A stretch of DNA of 63,845 nt, filler included. It is 6 parts of 6 records of this genome, joined end to end, with 100 filler letters (N's around TTAATTAATTAA, not from the genome) between each part and the next. Parts side by side here need not be neighbours in the genome. Positions count along the whole stretch, not along the records: positions 60,769 to 63,845 come from SRR20825010_3524; 5 more parts are not named here. One strand, written 5' to 3'. This document shows, one piece after another, positions 60,770 through 63,845 of this stretch. How positions within the stretch are numbered: the stretch's first letter is position 1; the number at the start of each line of letters is the position of its first letter. The notes below the pieces were generated by a model, which worked only from the letters and a program-made list of their open reading frames with translations, was not told the DNA's origin and did no database searches. The translations under genes were made by a program, and so were the position numbers.

Positions 60770-61654
60770 TTATATCCTGTAATAGATAAGCTCTCTGTTA
60801 CCATCCCTGTCGTCGAAGAAGGCCATAAAGCCATCGATGAAGCGTTGAAGGATATCCACAAAAACGAAAAAAATTTTTCGTCGGTTTCCGCAAAAGGCAA
60901 ACGGTATAAGAAAAACATTGAGTGGGCAGATAAGGAGACCGGGCAAAAGGTCCTTATCCAATGCGACCCCGTTTATGCAAAAAACTATCTGCGCTTTGAA
61001 CTGAACCCCGGGCGATTGGGCCCTGAGGGGATGAGCCGGTTCAAGAAAATCCTTGAAAACAGTATCACTGTCGGGAACTACCCTTATTCCCGAATTCTGG
61101 AGGAAGGTCGTATATCCCGGATGGATATTGCGGTTGATATGATTAATGTCGCGCCGCATGAGCTTATCGTTGCGGGAAAGGATACCGGAAAATCGATCAG
61201 GTTTTTGGGGAAAGGTTCCAACGAGCTCGAAACAGTCTATCTCGACAAACCGAAAACCAAGTCGAGCAACAAAATGGTTTACAACAAACTTCAGGAACAG
61301 ATCGATAAGGGAAATAAACCGAGCTACAATGAGGTTCTGCATACACGGGTGGAATATACTCATTCAGGGGCGCCGTTCGGCAATAGCCCCAATATACAGA
61401 ACCCCTTCAGGAAAATGACAATCATCAATCCTGTTGTCGTGCCTGAGAACGGAGAAGATTTTGTCTGGCATCTATTCCTCAACAGTTGCCGTCTAAAGGG
61501 CATAGAGGCCTCTCTGAGCCTTCTTCCGGACCATTTACGCCCCTCATACAGAGAGGCTCTTGAAAAAGCCACTGAGAAGACGTGGCGGCCGGAAAAGTTG
61601 TGGGAGAAATGGAAAAATTATCTTGTCACGTCGAAGGTCCTGACAAGCGACTGA
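60770..61654 (+). CDS. Rep_trans/phage gpII-like replication initiator or relaxase (5' truncated)
   Basis: Frame open to the contig edge (LYPVIDKLSVT...); ordered motifs IDKLSVT, FELNP, ISRMDIAVD, ETVY, VYNK..EQ, TRVE. Confidence 0.7.
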   Translation, partial: LYPVIDKLSVTIPVVEEGHKAIDEALKDIHKNEKNFSSVSAKGKRYKKNIEWADKETGQKVLIQCDPVYAKNYLRFELNPGRLGPEGMSRFKKILENSITVGNYPYSRILEEGRISRMDIAVDMINVAPHELIVAGKDTGKSIRFLGKGSNELETVYLDKPKTKSSNKMVYNKLQEQIDKGNKPSYNEVLHTRVEYTHSGAPFGNSPNIQNPFRKMTIINPVVVPENGEDFVWHLFLNSCRLKGIEASLSLLPDHLRPSYREALEKATEKTWRPEKLWEKWKNYLVTSKVLTSD

Positions 61655-62156
61655 AAGACGTTCCCCATATTCCCGAAGGCTGGTTATTCCCGGCACCGGA
61701 AAACGGAAAGTCGTTATTTTCACAACGTTGGGATTTGAAAATCCATGGAGCTTATCCCGGAGTACGCCGTTGATGAATCTGATTAAAAGATTTTTGGGGG
61801 CGAGAAGAATGTCCCTCAGTAAAGGAAAATAAACCAACCTATATATCGGCAAGGAGTATACACGAAAGACCAGAGCATAGATTAGAACCACAGAAAAAAG
61901 CCTGTAACTACATCCCCATGCTCTGGAGTGCCAGAGGCTATCTATCGGTTGGGAAGAACAAACAATAGATGTGTAGCTGAGTACAAGCATAGTACATGAA
62001 GTATCCCTCTACCCTCTGGTAAAACCGTATTAACACTAGAACCATTTATTATAGAAGGACTGGACGAGCGGTATGCGATGGTATTCGATGAGAGTGTAGG
62101 AGTATCGAAATTGCCTGAGTATCGGGATAAACCGTGGTAGTCCAGAACGTCTTCAA

Positions 62157-62306
62157 GTGTCCCATCAGGTGTCCCATACAAGGCCATGTCGAAGTTGTTC
62201 AAAATCGGTGTTTTTCACTTTATGAAAACAGTATGTAAGTCTTTGTGATAATTTGTATTTCTCCATGTATAAACATACCCGCCAAATAGTGCGCACTGTG
62301 GGACAC
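62157..62306. repeat. GTGTCCCA(T) motif: two direct copies and one inverted copy
   Basis: GTGTCCCAT at 62157-62165 and 62169-62177; TGGGACAC at 62299-62306. Confidence 0.6.
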
Positions 62307-62531
62307 ATAAATCGAAATATTCCACCAAGGAGAAAAGCATGATGATGAAGGCGTAAGGGGGCATAGCCTCAGAGAGCCTCATGATTTTTCCGCCGGAATT
62401 CTGTGATTTATCTTCGTATAAAATCAGAATACTGCGACGCTTTCTCCTTTACCAATGATGTCAATTCTTTAACGTTAATAGTGGGTTTGAAGCTCATCGA
62501 CCTCCCCCGGAAACTCACGGAGGAGAACGAT

Positions 62532-63629
62532 ATGAACAAAGACCCCATTCTCGATATATACTGCCGTCAACTTGCTGATCTGGTCAGTGAGCAAAGCTAC
62601 GAACCACCCTGCATAAATCCCCTCAATATCTCGCCTTGGCTCGCCATGAGCCTGATGCAGAAAGCGATCCGCAGGGGCGAGATCGAGTACGCCCTGAGAG
62701 GCGCCGCAACGCTTCTTGAAAACTCACCGGACAGGTTATGGCGTCGGCTCTGTGTCACCGCCTTTGAGGACATCGGTGTCGCCGATACGGAAACCGTCTC
62801 ACTGGTGATGGCGGGACTGTCGGGAAAATACTGGCGAAGCCGCAACGGAGGGGACTGGCGTATCGCAAGTTATCTGGTCCGGCGCATGACAAAATCCGTC
62901 AAATGCCGCTCCGCCGATGATCTCGCCTATATTGCGGAACGGCATCCAGCCTTTGAAACAGACCGCCTGCGCCTGACCTTTGAGCCGATCCCGAAACTGT
63001 TGGATATTGTTATCTCGAATGCGGCTCTTCCCAAGAGAGCCCTTGCGCTCTGGTATGCCATTGGCACCCATCGTTGCCGGTCGGATATCCTCCGGCTTCG
63101 CAAGGGCGATCCCCATGGTGTTTTGGATGTGCTCTGTGAATTAGGCTTTCCCGATACGTTGATAGAAATCAGCCGATCCGGCCTTGCCAAATGCGGCGAG
63201 ATACTGGTGCCCTTTGTTCCGCTGCTTTGGCGGGAGTTGCAGACGTCTGCAAGTTCCATCGAGGAGATATCCCTCCCCCGCCCGGAGATGGTTGGCGGTA
63301 TTCCGGCATATGCCTATGACATGCATACCCGTGAGGGCAAGCAGGCGATCGGGCTATTCCTGAAAGGCAGAAGCGACACGGTTCACTGGCTGAAGGATCT
63401 AAGCCCGCCTGCCAAGCAGGCCTATCTGCTCGGGCATATGATCTTCCGGATTGAGAGCGGTTGTCTTGACCGTCGGCTGCAATGGGAGACGGGAGACAAG
63501 CTCTGGCGTATGAGTGATCTTGAGATGCATGGATACAGGCCGCAGGAGATGGTGGAAGGATTATGCCTTCTCCGTCACGACCTGCCGCTTCTGAATAAGG
63601 CGCGCCGTCAAATTGCGGGAGACGCCTGA
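62532..63629 (+). CDS. Protein with a RarA/MgsA C-terminal-like domain and no AAA+ ATPase
   Basis: SLMQKAIRRG...A...LWRRLCVTAFEDIGVAD; later AYDMHTREG; no Walker A; ATG 62532 follows GGAGGAG. Confidence 0.7.
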   Translation: MNKDPILDIYCRQLADLVSEQSYEPPCINPLNISPWLAMSLMQKAIRRGEIEYALRGAATLLENSPDRLWRRLCVTAFEDIGVADTETVSLVMAGLSGKYWRSRNGGDWRIASYLVRRMTKSVKCRSADDLAYIAERHPAFETDRLRLTFEPIPKLLDIVISNAALPKRALALWYAIGTHRCRSDILRLRKGDPHGVLDVLCELGFPDTLIEISRSGLAKCGEILVPFVPLLWRELQTSASSIEEISLPRPEMVGGIPAYAYDMHTREGKQAIGLFLKGRSDTVHWLKDLSPPAKQAYLLGHMIFRIESGCLDRRLQWETGDKLWRMSDLEMHGYRPQEMVEGLCLLRHDLPLLNKARRQIAGDA

Positions 63630-63845
63630 TGCATGTGGAGAACGACAGTCTTACCCGATCATGTGCGATTAATTGCAAATCCGGCAGTGAAAAATCGTCA
63701 GCGAACTCGATTGCAGTTAATTGCAATCCCAGAAATGACATAAGTTCGGTAGGGGAAGTTGCAATTAATTGCAAATCGTCCCTTGGACGCTCTCAATCAA
63801 GTGAGCGTACCTCCGTTCTAACCTCCGATAATCTCCACTTATCGG
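63629..63845 (+). CDS. Candidate translationally coupled ORF, open at the window end
   Basis: TGATG overlap; GGGAG 7 nt upstream; 72 codons without a stop (MHVENDSLTRSCAINCKSGSEKSSANSIAVNCNPRNDISSVGEVAINCKSSLGRSQ...). Confidence 0.55.
   Translation, partial: MHVENDSLTRSCAINCKSGSEKSSANSIAVNCNPRNDISSVGEVAINCKSSLGRSQSSERTSVLTSDNLHLS
63663..63774. repeat. Three 16-bp palindromes at an exact 48-nt period
   Basis: GTGCGATTAATTGCAA (63663), TTGCAGTTAATTGCAA (63711), TTGCAATTAATTGCAA (63759); unrelated 32-nt spacers. Confidence 0.9.

Noticed and set aside
60639-61654. Mobile element integrated at the tRNA-Leu
   Set aside because: An artificial linker separates the tRNA from contig 6, and the tRNA 3' end faces rnd, not contig 6.
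61544-62202. Minus-strand ORFs 61544-61990 and 61942-62202
   Set aside because: No convincing ribosome-binding site or motif, and the first overlaps the nickase gene. Cannot be fully excluded.
63663-63774. Mini CRISPR array (repeats with 32-nt spacers)
   Set aside because: The repeats are only 16 nt, there are only three, they are non-identical loopless palindromes inside an open frame, and no cas gene is visible. Kept as a binding-site or peptide repeat instead.

Overview
The window is not one locus. It is six unrelated contigs joined by artificial 100-nt linkers (N44-TTAATTAATTAA-N44 at 13386-13485, 25688-25787, 47856-47955, 54200-54299 and 60669-60768), so no gene-neighbourhood inference should cross a linker. 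Taxa are inferred from composition and gene style only. Contig 1 (1-13385) is a high-GC alphaproteobacterium: carB, greA, a cytochrome P460/multiheme fusion, tandem SAM-II riboswitches before metZ, two PAS-like paralogs, an ELM1-family gene, lrp, dtd and pntAB. Contig 2 (13486-25687) is an alphaproteobacterium: a DUF2946/RAPP leader before an OprC-like TonB receptor, then ubiX, a GGDEF protein, an EthA-like monooxygenase, purEK, coq9-like, def and rpsU. Contig 3 (25788-47855) is Bacteroidota: a TPP riboswitch with a TonB receptor, pnuC/NadR-like genes, guaB, small repeats, lepB, an ABC/DUF3299 cluster, hemJ-SCO-cytochrome c, GH113, lipB and manA. Contig 4 (47956-54199) is Rhodopirellula-like: a GT2, two sulfatases and a sialate O-acetylesterase. 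Contig 5 (54300-60668) is the alphaproteobacterial rnd-lptCAB-rpoN-hpf-ptsN cluster plus the 3' end of a tRNA-Leu. Contig 6 (60769-63845) looks like a mobile-element fragment: a Rep_trans-like nickase, arm-type-like repeats, a stand-alone RarA/MgsA C-terminal-like protein, and a coupled ORF carrying three 16-bp palindromes at an exact 48-nt period. The best leads are contig 6, the SAM-II/terminator/SAM-II tandem, the RAPP-leader/Shine-Dalgarno pairing and the P460-multiheme fusion. No database searches were run.
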